The notes beneath the pieces were generated by a model. That model was given only the letters and a program-made list of their open reading frames with translations. It had not been told where the DNA came from and did no database searches. Below are positions 1-13,263 of a stretch of 64,000 nt of DNA, piece by piece. Position 1 is the first letter of the stretch. The number at the start of each line of letters is the position of its first letter. Source of the DNA: Botryllus schlosseri (lineage: Eukaryota); assembly GCA_051294905.1 (NCBI GenBank), contig CM119372.1, positions 682,001 to 746,000 of the forward strand. Direction: 5' to 3'. Made by a program: the position numbers and the translations under genes.

Positions 1-137
1 ACCTCCAAACACCGAGTGACTTGATTTGACTCGAGTCACCTCCAAAAATTGAGCGACTTGACTTGAGTCGAGTCAAAATGCGCAATGACTCGAGATGACA
101 TGTGACTTGAAGATAGTGTAACTTGATCCCAACACTG
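1..137. mobile_element. Right end of the GACTCGAGTC-rich hAT-like MITE (truncated by window edge)
   Basis: Ends in gatcccaacactg, the same terminus and gacttgactcgagtc subterminal repeats as the full copies at 17400, 23484 and 40235. Confidence 0.85.
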
Positions 138-366
138 CGATATCGCCAATCAAGGTTTCAACACTTAAACTTAGTATCGACACTATAATTCTCGTTGCTA
201 AATCAACTTTCAGTGGTAAGAAGCGTATACTTTCAGTACACGATTAAAATTGATACTCGATTCAGATTCGAGTTGTCGAATCATTGTCCCCTGCGCCAGT
301 CATTACTCGCCATCCAAGTGATGTCGATGAAGGTGTGCTGTAATGATAATCCATATCTGTTTTCAG

Positions 367-1851
367 GAAAGTGTTCGAGGAGACTTCGTGGAGGAGGCTC
401 CAAATCATCCGTTCTTGATCGCAATCGGTAAGTTATTGTTTAGATTGCAATGCAATAGTTTTGGAAGTGACATTTTATGCTTATGATTACATCAATTCCT
501 GTCAGCATGCGGTATTAAATTTTAGGAATTAGCGTGGAAAGTTAGTGTAGCCAATTGGTCAAACCTTTTTGAACACTCTGATAAAGGAGGCATTCTTTAC
601 CATAACCACCTCTAAATTGGTATGATGTAGATCTGACTATAATACCCGTGCATTTTTAGGCTCGACCGTCCACTGTCCAGAAAAGTTTCTGGTCACCGCC
701 GAAAAATCGATCATTTATTCGACAGAATGCTTCTACTCTGCAGTAGCTTATTTCTTCGTCTGCTTCTATGTTTTAAATATGGAGTACCCAGAAGAAGCAA
801 CAGCTACATTGGAGTTCATGCAAAGGTCAGCTATGAGTGAGAGTGAGACCACAATTGAAACAGATTATACTGAATTTAAGTGAAAACAATTATAGCCTAT
901 GCACCTGGACTCACCGAAACACGTTCTGATCTTGATTATGCCTACCTACATATGCTTTATAAGACAACAACTTATGTCTTTAATTCTTGTCCGAAGCAGT
1001 CTCTGTTGCTACTCGAGTAGAAGTAATCAATGACCTGATCCCATACAAACTACTAGAGTACTTGTGTAGATATGTTTCGTATTGGCCAACCCGAGGGACT
1101 GTGAGTGCCTTCGGTGTAATTTTCTAAATTGACCAGCCCTGGTCTACGTAAATCAGGGAGGGCCATTAGCCAACCCGCGGCCCGCGCGAAGGTTTTGAGT
1201 GGCCCATGAGGTAATTCTCATAATTAGTTATCATGTCAAAAAATTAATTACCCAGGTGATTTGATATAAATTTTCAAGGCCAGCAAAAAAATTGATCAGC
1301 CTGGCTGCGAAATACAGGATGTTGATGACTATGACTATGTTCAGGCCCCGAATAATCCAGTCCTTGCCAAATGAACCCAGCAGTATACGGAGGCGACCCG
1401 CAATATTCAAAGTGCAATTAGTATTGACCGAATTCATTCATTAACTTTGAACAATTTTCGCGCTTGGCGTGGCTATGTACTTTGGATTTTAATAACATAA
1501 TTGTTATCGATCGATAAGTCTTGTTTTCACCGTTACCTAACCCGGTTTGCTCTTTATTGGACGACTACTAAAAGGTTATACATATTGAAGTGGCCTGCGC
1601 AATGGTTTGTAAATCTCATGTGGCCCTTCGGCTGAAAAGGTTGGCCACCCCTGACCTAAATCGTACCAGAATACACCATCACACTCAGCTGGCAATCTCT
1701 TTGATGCTTTGTCCCTGTTAGTAATATCTATTTCATTTGCAGGTACTTTGCTGGGATAGCAGAGCAAGGCTCAAAGTCTTCTAAAAGAAGAAAAAGTGAC
1801 GTTCACCCTAAAGTGATCAAGTTTGCGAAGTTGCTGAAAAAAGCTCCATGA
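367..1851 (+). CDS. 3' part of a spliced EnSpm/CACTA accessory-type gene (SAMD3-like C-terminal motif)
   Basis: Exons 367-427, 660-825 and 1743-1851 join via GT-AG introns in one frame: ESVRGDFVEEAPNHPFLIAIG/STVHCPEKF...FFVCFYVLNMEYPEEATATLEFMQR/YFAGIAEQGSKSSKRRKSDVHPKVIKFAKLLKKAP*. AATAAA at 1859. From memory, the FYVxNxEYP...LEFxQRYF motif is typical of animal EnSpm-associated proteins. The 5' part is outside the window. Confidence 0.65.
1154..1653. mobile_element. hAT (Charlie-like) MITE in an intron
   Basis: Termini CAGGGAGGGCCA...TGGCCACCCCTG; 8-bp TSD acgtaaat/acctaaat. Confidence 0.8.
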
Positions 1852-2059
1852 ATACATCAATAAATGCTTCGACGCTGCATCATTGATTGATGATTAGTGT
1901 GGGGTTTCGTGACCAGGTCTATGGGGCAAGCAAATTGTCTGTTGATATACCAGCAAATCGGGCATAATAATACTGTGATTGTGCCGTGATTACGTAGTAC
2001 GTCAAAGAGCCGTATTTAGATTTAAAAATACGTCAAAGAGCCGTAATTAGCTTTACAAA

Positions 2060-2306
2060 AAGGCAGTAAATTTACTAGCAAACAGTGTTAATCCTACTGC
2101 TATTAGCTGTGATTTCATTGACTTTCTGGAAGCAGTTTTTAGTTTTACAATAGGCAGTAAATTTACTGGCGAACCAGTAACAAATCTTACAGCTATAACG
2201 CCGTAATTTAATTGACTTACTGGAAGCAGTATTTACCTTTACAAACGGCAGTAAAACTGCTGCCTGCTATTTGAGCAGTAAATTTACAGGTATTTTTTTA
2301 ACAGTG
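2060..2306 (+). mobile_element. 3' terminus of an EnSpm/CACTA (CMC) DNA transposon
   Basis: Ends ...tttttttaacagtg (reverse complement CACTGTTAAAAAAA) after repeated cagtaaa(a)tttact subterminal motifs. It directly follows the accessory gene. Confidence 0.7.
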
Positions 2307-4041
2307 TGGCCGAATCCAGCACCTGGGCAAACCTTTGCGGTGGTATAAGATAGATAATAATAACCGATGCGAAAGGGGGGTCTGGGGGGCGGAGCCGGAT
2401 AGATACTTATAGCCCCCCCGCCGGTATGTCTCGCACAGGGCCCCCCCGTTCGTAGGGCCACCATTGCAAACTATCATTGATGACTGTGTTTGACCTTTGG
2501 TGGGTCTGGATGCTTCGAGTACACGAGCAGACATTGTTCACTTTCATAAAAGATCTACGTCAAAGGGAACTATAGAGTCTAGCTAGACCCACTTACCCCC
2601 ACCTAACAATAACCTATAGCTAAGAGATCTATTGATTATACTGGTATGCATCGCCGCAACTTATCCGTGAATTGGAGTATGATAGATTTTAGAAAGACTG
2701 GCTTGATTACATCTTACCTTGATAGCCACACCGTTGCGCTACCTCGCCTAGACATTGCTGCGATATCGTGCACTACCTCGCCTAGACATTGCTTCATTCA
2801 TTTTCTATTACCAGTTAATTTTAAATTACAGCTAAATTATGGGATGGTAATTGTTTGATGCTTGTCACTCGAACTGCAATTAACCTCCAAGCTCGTATCA
2901 GTGTCGGTTTAATAATAATTTCATCATTTCCAAACACCACAAGAATCCGATACAATGAAAAGATGGGAATGTGTGTGAACAACTTCGAGTACTAGTATCG
3001 TATTAATCATTCCTACCCGATACCCATTAGTATGGCATGCGTGTCTTCTCTGTATCATCATTGTTGCTGAATGCTGATTTGTTTTGTTCTGTTGGATGAA
3101 AACAAATACTCTCCTAGAACCCGAATATCTTCGCGCATGACCGAAGCTTGCGCGTAGAACTCGAGCTGACGAACCACCTAAGGTTACGTAATAGTAGGGC
3201 GACCGGTATCGAAATGGAAGTGTAGTTAGGAGAGAGACTGAGCGAGAGACCTTTCACCTATTTCGCATCAAGCTGATCAGCGACACCAGGTGAAAGTCTT
3301 CCGTATATAATATCATATCATAGTGTCATATATGGTGTGGATGTTCCCTCTAAGCAGCGCACGTGCGCAAATGCAGTGCTTTCACGGTCTCTGCGCACAG
3401 AAAATCTGACTTGAACACAAATAATCTGAAATTATGACCTTTTTTTAGTCGTTACGCACGGTTTTCCAAGGTCAGTTGGTGAGGGTGCGCAAACTCGTCA
3501 CAAATTAGACGGAACATTGTGTGGACACAAGCAAATCTCACGGCTCAGTGAAATTGATCTACGTCACACTTTCCATTGCGATTTCTCATCTTTTTTTCCA
3601 TCCTTTATTTGATAACGTTTTTAGAGGAATCAGTTCGTCCTTCAACTGTCCTTATTTGTATTTCGTGTATCTACTAATTGATTTGTACGCCTTTTAGTGA
3701 TTTTGATTGTTTGATTACTCTTCAATTATCTTTTCGCTAGTGTATAAATTGCCCTCGTTACCGTTGTCCCGGTCTCCATACCATCGAGCAACGGACGAGC
3801 GAGCACTATTGCGAATCTCACTCTCTTGTATTAGTATCTTAGTATTCCTTAAGAAAATCCGAAGTTCTCATTGTGTATTATTCGATTTGGGTTGCTTGAT
3901 TCGTTTTGAATACAAGATTGATACGCAAGGTTAGCGAGTCCAAGAGCAGATTCAGCTTAGCAGACAGGGTTCGACGCCTGCTAAATCGGCACTCATTTAC
4001 ATCGGAGTGCCGCGTCGAAACATGGGTAAAGGCAATTTCAC

Positions 4042-4113
4042 AGCAGATTTTGACCGGCTTGCCGAGCGCGAAATTTGAGCAGATTTTGACCGGCTTGCCG
4101 AGCGCGAAATTTG
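4042..4113. repeat. Exact 36-bp tandem duplication inside a fragment of the CATRG-ended (P-like) MITE family
   Basis: agcagattttgaccggcttgccgagcgcgaaatttg occurs twice. The surrounding sequence matches the interior of the MITE at 21752-22070. Confidence 0.85.
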
Positions 4114-4674
4114 ATAAAACGGATATGAATCGAAAGCTACCGCTTGGTGGCGAAATACAAATTTTATTCTGCTCGTGGCCCTGGAACGTAAGCAAGGAAC
4201 GTAAGAATGGACAGATAAACAGACAGGATATACTTTCATAATGTAGTTGCAACATTGGCCTTTCATGAACCAAGGAGTCCACGGACCTTGGGTTAAGAAC
4301 CCCTGCGGGATAACGGCATCGAAATATCGTTGGTTTTCACGAAAAAGATAGTCCGTTAAATACCCCACGAATACACAAGTTCGACAACCATATCGTCGCG
4401 GTGGAATCGAATTTGACTATGTCCATTTTTTTCACATTCTGAGATAGAATATCAATCAATCACATTTTTCCGGCGAAATCTTGGCTATGTTTCTGTTTTT
4501 CATACTATTTCAAAGTTTACCACGGCCAAAGATATAGCCGAAAGATAATGAAAACTTTGCAGAAAGTAAATTTTCTCTAAATGCGTAAAATGGACACAAG
4601 GTATTTGATTCCACAGCTACGGTGTAACCTGTACTGACGCTCATTTTGTCGCAGACTTTCGAAGTATCGCATCC

Positions 4675-5199
4675 TTAACGAAGGAACTCTTCGAAATTCG
4701 ACATTCCATGGCTTTTGCCGCACGCGATAAACATCAAGTGCGTTTCGTTGTACTCGTCGACAGAAGAAGTAGTGTGACAGATACCGCATCTCACCATTTG
4801 TTTGCCGATGACGCTCCGCACGTCTGATCTGAGGTGCATCTGTACACTTTGAGACGTTGAAGGCGTCTCATTGTCTCCAGGCGCACAACTATCAACGAGT
4901 ACCGGGTCCGAATCCCGTTCAACACAACGCTTCGAAACCGGAATCTTTATATCAACAACTCGTTCCGAGTTCTGAAGCTCTCGTGGCGTTTCGTTCTCTT
5001 CGCTTCCGGCCGATTCTTGAAGTGACTTGTTTTCAGAAGATTGCCCCTCAACCCAAACCTGGCAAATGTAATCCTCCATGCTCGTGTCGAAATACTCCAT
5101 CTCGCTGCTAGTCCGACTCTCTGACGACGGGGTTGTTGGGGTTGTCGAACTACTCGCGCGCTGGCTCATGCTCGTTGACAGTAAAGCAGCGGCAAACAA
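4675..5199 (-). CDS. Possible coding exon of unknown protein (S/T/E-rich, CxxC...H motif)
   Basis: 174-codon ORF with raised GC, acidic low-complexity sequence and RCGICH...THL. No ATG start and no recognised family. Confidence 0.3.
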   Translation of the reverse strand: MFAAALLSTSMSQRASSSTTPTTPSSESRTSSEMEYFDTSMEDYICQVWVEGQSSENKSLQESAGSEENETPRELQNSERVVDIKIPVSKRCVERDSDPVLVDSCAPGDNETPSTSQSVQMHLRSDVRSVIGKQMVRCGICHTTSSVDEYNETHLMFIACGKSHGMSNFEEFLR

Positions 5200-6074
5200 G
5201 ATAGAATCTACTACAGACGACGCGCCAGACAGCAGACTGCGATTCGTTCACACTCACGTAAATTGCAGGCCGTGGAGTAATCATGGTTCCCGCGTTTCCT
5301 TTGTGCGGTGATCTCTATTTCAAGGCTTCTGAGTTCGACAGCTTTTCTGCAGTATCAGCATCAGTTTTTTAAGAATTTCATCATTTCAATACACCAAAGC
5401 GACTGCGATACAATGACAAGATATGAAGGCGTCGAAACTCCTTGTTATAGTAGTAAATGAGTTTTTAGTTGATAATTTTCGGATGATCCTTGATCGGTGG
5501 ATTATCCGAAAAAATATCAACGAAAAACTAGAATAACTCAGCTTCTACTAGTTGGAATTGAGTCAAATTTGTTTGCATAGTCTTTGAAGACAGCTCAACA
5601 ATTTCACGAGGTTGATAGATAAATTTCATTTTTTTTTTAATTTACCCAAATAAATTAAAATTTTAAATTGGATCTGCGGAGCCTTATACCTGTTAGAATT
5701 GAACCAAATTTGGTGTGCAGCGTTTTTTGGGTAACCTGACAATAATCACAGAATGACTGGAATCCAGAAAAAAGAAAGTTATTTTGAACAGCCCTAATGC
5801 ACAGTTCATTTTTGCGCCGGTATTCTTTAGTAGGCTAATGTATTTTGTAGTGTGTAATGTGGTAGGTTTTCGTTATGGTGAGTGGTCTACTCTACAGCCG
5901 AAAGTTTGGCGCCGTATGAAAATAACAGACGATAACATAAAACGGATTCTTCTTGGTAGGTGAAGTCAGTAGCCTATATATCAGAGCGTTGTCCAGCATA
6001 ATCTCGAGCACTGACTGATTCAGTATATTCCGCGTTGATTTTGACTTGAACGCTGACAATGGACGATCAAACAT

Positions 6075-7061
6075 TAGGGATGGTGTGAACCTCGGAAAGG
6101 TTCAGGTTCGTGTGAACGCGAACCTTTTTGAAAGGTTCTGTGTGAACGCGAACGTGAACCTCATGACGTCAAGTGACGTCATAGTGCTAATTCCAACCCT
6201 ATCTTTCAATGAAGTGATAGCCTATATTAATGTACACATTGTACAGTTGTACACGATACCTAACGACGACTCGGGTCACATAATGCAACAATGCTGATGC
6301 GTTGTAAACGTCGCTAAATGTATCAACTGAGGCAATAAAAGTATATAATGCTCCCATAAAATCAATATCTTCCGTCGCTTTGCCAACAATTTCGACGAGG
6401 ACTTATCAGGGACTACCCCTTAACGGTCTAGGCCGGACCGGACAATGTATTCGGCGTCTGAGTATTGCTACATTGATATTGAGCAGAGTGTAAAATGGGT
6501 TTGTATACTTGCTACCGATATTACCCCATTCAAAAGTTATACAGCAGTAGCCAACCCCTCAATCGCACGGATTTGGTTTTAATGATGTAGCAAAGAAATT
6601 GAGTCAAGATTGACCCCGTACGCCTTCTCGAATTTTTACACCAGAAAACAATATCAATCTTATTGATTGGTTGAATAAGCATCATTCGCTGAGTACGTAT
6701 TTCGCTCGTGATGTTGTGTGATTGCGGGTCAAGCTCACAGCAGAGAGTCATTAAATATTCACAAACGGAAAGCTGGATATTTCGAGCATACTTTTGTAAC
6801 AAAGCAAGTAAAACTTTTGAGATTGTCAAGGTGCATGCTCGTTTAGTGTTGATTTTTAATGCTGCCAGCGCCATGCATAGAGTGGCTCGCAGTTGAAATG
6901 CAATAAATTTGAACCAAAGATGTTATAATGTTATAATTGTAATATATGAAAAAGGTTCACAGTGCAGAACCTACCAAGGTTCTGTTGTGAACGCGAACCT
7001 CTAAATTTCCGAGGTTCACACGCAGAACGCGAACGTGAACCTCACGTTCACACCATCCCTA
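6075..7061. mobile_element. hAT-like non-autonomous element
   Basis: 16-bp TIR TAGGGATGGTGTGAAC/GTTCACACCATCCCTA, gtgaacgcgaac subterminal repeats and a perfect 8-bp TSD tcaaacat. Confidence 0.92.
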
Positions 7062-7294
7062 TCAAACATGCTTAATATGTATCGGACTGGTGGCGAAACA
7101 CTGCATGAAACTTGAACGATAATTTGGATTCGGGAATTGAAAATGTTATTCGAGAACAATTCTGATAGTGATGGTGTCCGTTTTGATTTATGTCAGGTTC
7201 CTTGTATTTTGGGTCATGGTAACTTCATCCCGAATACGTTCGAGTTCGAGCAACGCGTTATATATCAATGGGTGCGAACGCATGGAGATGGACA

Positions 7295-7587
7295 ACCGCC
7301 CTCGAACTATATTGCATTGCTTCATTGATCATTTATTGCTACCATCGTTTACTTTTTCTTTTTTTCTTTTCCTTCTTGAACCAACACTTTTTTACAGCCT
7401 GACTGCATAGAGTCAAGCGGACCTGTCTGATGCTGGTGTGATCAGACTAGTTTACCTTACGGTCGTATATCGATCATTCCTGTCTGATACCGAATACTGT
7501 GCATGCATTTTTTCTGTACCACCATCGTTGCCGCCTGTTTTTCATGTATTTTGGTTGGATGAAAATAAAGACCCTCTCTCACTCTCT
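7295..7587 (+). mobile_element. LINE family B 3' UTR fragment
   Basis: Matches the 3' UTR and (CT)n tail of the LINE at 36766-37525. Other copies lie at ~2640-3110, 9962-10101 and 39061-39259. Confidence 0.8.
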
Positions 7588-7717
7588 ATTATAGCCAGTG
7601 CCGTAGCAGCACTTCGTCAGCCCCCCCCCCCCCCAGAAAAAAACGTTGGTCTTGGGTCCCCCATAAAGTGATAAACCAGACTTATGGGAGGCTTCGCCCC
7701 CAGACCCGGGTCCTCAG

Positions 7718-8232
7718 TAGGGCTGGGCAAAATCGAGTACCTGAGTGATTCGATTCTGAATCACGTATTATGCTTCGAGTCGAGTCGAGTATTCGAGTAT
7801 CACTCATTATGACGTCACAGCAAAATGTTGCACGTCAAAGTTCAAATATGTACCTTTTATGCCACCGCAAAGAATATAATGCCTGTTATCCGTCACATTG
7901 AAGATAATTCGGTATTTCTCCGACCCTACCGCTTTCATTGTACTTTGTGACAATGTCGTGGGAGGATCATGACATCGGAAATGTTTTTACCAGTAACCTT
8001 AATAGCTTTGTACCATATGTTTCGTATGCTGCGATACGGCAAATCAAGGTTTCAAGGCTTCCGCAGTGGAAAATAGTATCGAAACCATAATTCTCGTTGA
8101 TAAAATAATTTTCAGTAGCGAGGAGCGTATAATTTCAGTACTCGGAAAAATCGTCTTTTACTACTCGACTCGAATCATTAAAATAATTACTCGATTCAGA
8201 TTCGAGTACTCGAATCATTGTGCCCAGCCCTA
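7718..8232. mobile_element. hAT-like MITE (TAGGGCTGGGCA family)
   Basis: TIR TAGGGCTGGGCA/TGCCCAGCCCTA and a perfect TSD gtcctcag. Further copies or fragments at ~138-295, 11641-11990, 18677-19060, 21729-22498, 31166-31619 and 63044-63471. Confidence 0.92.
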
Positions 8233-11200
8233 GTCCTCAGGCAATACGCTGTTTACGGCTACTTATCATTCTTCATTGGATGTCTGTTGCGATGGGTATA
8301 TGGCCGTCCGTTAGTCTGCGATGGTATACGGCAAGTCCGTTGTCTACGGATATCAGCTTACAGTTTATACTTAACTGGCACTTCCGCAGTAACTGACGCG
8401 AACGTCCTGTGTTCTGTGTAGTTCTGGACTGGCAGTTCAATAGAGACGACAATAATTGCCTTTTCCAGATATATTGTACGGGTCGATAGTAATTTGGATA
8501 AGTACAGTAAGTACAGCGTACATGAGTCTCGTATATAATCTGAGTCAATCATACGATATTCGCTAGGTAATATACCAGCGATAAGCCACGTTATATAGCA
8601 TTATACCATAACAGATAGGAGAGAGATGGAGCCAGAGCTCCTGCACTGTTTGGTGAGTAAGCTCTTCTCGCGTAAACGAGCGAAGCGCGAAAAATTTCTG
8701 TAATTCATGATGTCAATATGATCGGGAATGGCATATATATTGCTATCAATTTTTATCCTCTCTCTGCTCACGTAATCAGATTTACCGGTAGAGCTGAGTG
8801 CTGCGTATTTGAAAGGTAGGACCACTCAATAAGAATTATTATGATTAATCAAACATCTTCGCGGGCGTATACCCGTTGGCAGGAACGAAACAGCACTTCG
8901 TCAGGCCCCCCAAAAAATTTGGGTCTTTGGCTTCCATAGGGTGATAAACCGCGGTAGGGCTTAGTGAGGTGTCTAGGAAACTGTAGGGCCCTTAAATAAT
9001 AATTAAACATCTTCGGGCGGGCGGACCCGTTGGTATGACTTCGTTACATGATGTTGTTTCGTGACCTCCTGTCTGTTAGGCTTATATCAACAAAAAAAAG
9101 AATCGCATAAACGTACTAAACTAGAAGACGCACACGATTTCAAATTGGTATTTCTTCACTGGCATGTAATTTTTCCCTGCGGGATGGTATTTGTCTTGCG
9201 AGGTTCAGATTGCCATGACAGGAACATTCGGCGCCAGTCATTTAGGCGCCTATGGACAATTAAACCTATATGCATTTTATATATATAACGAAGTTTTCGG
9301 TCAGCATAAGGGAAGTAATTTTCGGCTCAGGTTTTCTCGCTGCCGATGGTTCTGGCACCCTTCTTGGAGTCGCCGTGTGACATGGCCGAAAACTTTATGT
9401 CTTGGTGCGTCGTGGCGCGATAATGGCCCACGCCTATATGCTCATTTGAATAAATCTTGCACATTTTCACTTGGGGGAAGAGTAGCCTATACCTCATAAT
9501 CAAGATATTTGGCAACTTGAAATCGCTTGATAAAGCTGCATAAATTTTTTAAAAATATTCAATAATTTATGGTTTATGCTAATTCACGAAATAATTTTGG
9601 GCTCCCCCAATTGGGGGGTTTGGGGTGCGGCAGTTACCGTCCTGATTATAGCATTAGCATCTGCATCGCTTTGTCGCAGATGGGCGTGGTGGCGGCCGTT
9701 TTGTCGTGTCGCGTGGGCCAAGCCAGCTGGGCTTGAATCGACTGAGTGCCAGCTCATTTAGGTGACAATTTTACTGTTTGTTTAGTGACGCATTGAACAA
9801 AAAATCAGTGACAAGTCAACAAGTCACTATTACTCAAAAGATTAGGTCTCCTAACATGAAAGATGCTATAGGAAACTAGAAATTGTCAAGTTATGAATCA
9901 GTTCCACTGCGGTCATTGCCGGAATCTAAAGTGAATAGCTTACCCATAACGCACGAGTGTAGGCTGGTGTGATCAGACTAGATGACCTTCACGGTCTTAT
10001 CGATCATTCCTATCAAATACCGAATACTGTGCATGCGTATTTTCTGTACTACCAGCACTGTTATGTATTCTGGTTGGATGAAAATAAAGACTCTCTCTCT
10101 CCCGTGTCCGTCCTCTAATTCCGATATATTCAGCACGAATTACATGAAGGCGCATCGCTCTGCCCATGCCTAACCTTAACCACAGCCTTCCGTCACTTGC
10201 CACCTGATTTTATCGCTCGTCATTTTATATTATAATCTTCTACTTTCATTCAGTATGCATGCATGCCTCCTCTTTACATCGCCTATGCCAAGGTAGGTGT
10301 CTGTGGTAGATTTGCAAGCAGATTCTCCTGTATGATTACCGCATCACGATTTGATATGTTGACCTCGTTTACCGAAACGTGCCACTTCGTGTTGATCGTT
10401 TGGCCTTCTATGTTATCCTCTGTTGTTGCTGTTTTGGCATTCATCGAGTTTCGAATACTAAATGGTCATTTGGACCAGGGCGGTATTCTTTATTACAATT
10501 CCTGATCTGCCGACTTTATAGGACGGACTACCTTCGTTGTAGGTTTTTGTACGACACCGCTAAACGCAAATGACGTTGGGATGAGATAAGCCTGCAACAC
10601 TTAGGTAGGAATTCTGGATTCAATCTCGCGACCATTGGTGTTGCAGCTGTGGAGCGTAGGCTACCACCACGCGCCTGGGATGTCTGCTGCTTTTCATTCA
10701 GTTTGCTGTGCATGTGCCGTGCACTGCATGTTCCTTATTTACATCGCCTTGGCCTAGGCGGTGTCTGATTGCAAAGACCACTCCATATCGACACACAGCT
10801 GTTCATTGTATCTTGTGGTGTTTTGAAATCATAAAAATTATATAACAACTGATGCTCAGAAGAATTATCGTACTTCAACCTGTCCGTGTATTCGTGAACT
10901 TCGGATCGAAAGGTCGTCCGTAATGCAGTAACTCTAATTTTGTGAGTACTCAAGTAGTTCATGACTACTTGTTCTACTTACTCATTGGTCGTTTTTACAC
11001 TACTTCTACTTCAGCTAAGCAGTTTTTATGAAAAAACGTACTTTTACACTTTGGATTTTCAAAAGTACAAAGTAATGCCTGCAATTGTTATAACTGGGCG
11101 AAAGAGCTACTGTATCGCAGTAACCGAATATATTTCTGAAAATTACACTTATTGTAATGACATTGGTTATATTGTGTTAGTCGCGAAAATCCATCTGGCA

Positions 11201-12019
11201 ATTTCGACTTCCCACCTTAGATCAACTGGTAAGAGTATGCAGCCTAATGATCTACTTTTTAAAACTATTCAAGTACTTTTCTATATCCAATTGAAGGAGT
11301 TTTGACATGTTTTGGACAATGCTACTACTTGTAATTGAGTAGAAACTTATGAACTAATTCTACTTGAGTAACAGCTATGACTACTTTGACCACCCCTGCT
11401 GCTATATAGTATACATACAAGTTTCATGTCACAAACTGCTCCATTGTCTGCACAATCTGCCAAAACAAAGTGATAGTGACATTTTGTATAAATATACGGC
11501 AGTTCACAATTCTATTCTCTGGTACCAATGTAAACAAGCAGGCGTTAGCGCACAAATGCAGTTCCAGCTGATTGTAATCACATGAATGTGAACTCGCCAA
11601 CGTCTCCGATTGGTGCAGATTTGAGTCCATTCATTATTTATAGGTCTGGGCAACATGATTCGAGTACTCGAATCTGAATCGAGTACTAAAGCTAATGTTT
11701 CGAGTCAATAGTAAGATAAGATTTTTTTGAGTATTGAAACTGAGTTTGTGGAAATAACATATCTACAAAGTCAACCCACAGCATTGTCAGAAAGTGCAAT
11801 GAAATAGGCATTGCGAAAAAAATACCAAACCATCTTTAATGTGATGTAGACTGGCATTATATCCTTCATGCTCGTATAAAAGGTACATATTTAAACATTC
11901 CGCATGATTCATGCTCTAATAACGAGTGATACTGGCCTAACACTCGATTCAGAATCGAATGACTCAGGTAGTAAAATTTTGGCAACTCTGGTCATTATTA
12001 AGGATTCATTTAAACCCCA

Positions 12020-13263
12020 TCAAGATGACTTTTTAAATTGCGCATAAAACGCGTTTCGAGACGGCATTGGTTTATCATTAGCAGCTGAAGGTTTCATAGT
12101 ATGGCTCAGCTGTGGCGGGGGTCGAGGGGGACCATATGTTGAGTTATGAGGTGGTTGTGGTTGGTAATGTCTGGGATGGTACTGTGCGGGGTGACAATTT
12201 GTAGGCAGTTTGTCAAAACTTGAAATAGGGTTGGGTGCCCCTGGATGAAGTGAGGGCCTGTACGCGGGGTTGATTGGTTCCGGTTGTTGTGGCGAAGATC
12301 CGTCTTTCAATGCTGTATTTGCATCTGGAGCCGCAGTAGCGTTTGTGTCATCTTTAAACCCGATTCCGAGATGCCTCCGAGACGCGCCTGTCAGGCGATT
12401 GGTCAACGACTCATTAAATTGGCTTTCCAGCTCGGTAGATACTTTAAGTTCGTCCTCTCGTGATCGCACGCGTTCCAGCCACTTGCTCGCTGCAGTCTCA
12501 TTTTTTCTTTTCTTTCCTCCTAAAAACGAGTTGCAATGGATGTTGTGATGAAGGCTACTTCGAACCAGACTTGTACAACTGGCTCATTCTAATAGTCTAG
12601 ATGAATTAGTGCAAAATGCCGGAAATCCAATTCTAATCTAATTATCTAATTAGGCAAATGTTTATATGCTGAAATTATAGATCTAATCTAATTTCTAGTT
12701 TTCCTGAAATTGCTAGAGCACAACTGTATCGTGCGAAACGAGCCAAGCTTGCTGTACAGACATTTGACATTCTCATGATCATGAGAATCGACTCCTGATT
12801 TGATATGAGTTTGCTTTTCATTGTATTTAGCTTTTTTAAGAATTTCATTCAATTCCAAAGATTTTGTGAATGTAGTAGTTATAATTTAATTTGGTGTGTA
12901 CCTATCAATACTATTATTCTTATTCCAATCTAATTTGGAGAAGAAGCTGAAAATTTTCTATGTAGTTGTCCTTGTACAACACGAAAAATCTATTTCAATA
13001 TGGGTTTCAATGCTGATTCGCATTTTCCAATTCTTTGGCACCAACAAATTCTCTAAACAGATTGGATTTCAAGAGAGCTTACCCAGAAGTCGGAGCAGTT
13101 TATCCCGTTTTTCATCAGATTGCATGACATCGGCCGTTTGAGCTGGAGGGGGGTTTTTCTCACTTGACTGCGGGTCACTCTTTTGCGGAGAGTGCGGCCG
13201 CTTTGGTGCGCGCCTATGTTCGGATACTTCCTCCATTTTTCGATTATCTACAGAAGACTGCAT
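12020..13263 (-). CDS. Small acidic protein (SMAP/C11orf58)-domain protein, 2 coding exons
   Basis: Exons 13263-13083 and 12519-12020 (GT-AG, phase 1) give ...DEKRDKLLRLLG/GKKRK...REDELKVSTELESQFNESLTNRLTGASRRHLGIGF, matching the SMAP pattern (KFLRLMG...ELESQY...RRHxGLGF). The start codon is uncertain; there is an acceptor at 13312 and an upstream donor at ~13627. Confidence 0.8.
12567..12975. mobile_element. Most abundant dispersed repeat (CAGACTTGGACAACTAG / ttctaatctaatttg family, hAT-like MITE)
   Basis: Recognisable copies at ~23145-25060, 28815-29260, 30375-30800 (reversed), 43720-44000, 50697-51035, 56603-57170 and 57520-58110. Confidence 0.75.

Noticed and set aside
5890..7290. Coding-looking sequence split by the 6075-7061 MITE
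   Set aside because: No recognisable protein in any frame after joining, and most frames contain stops.
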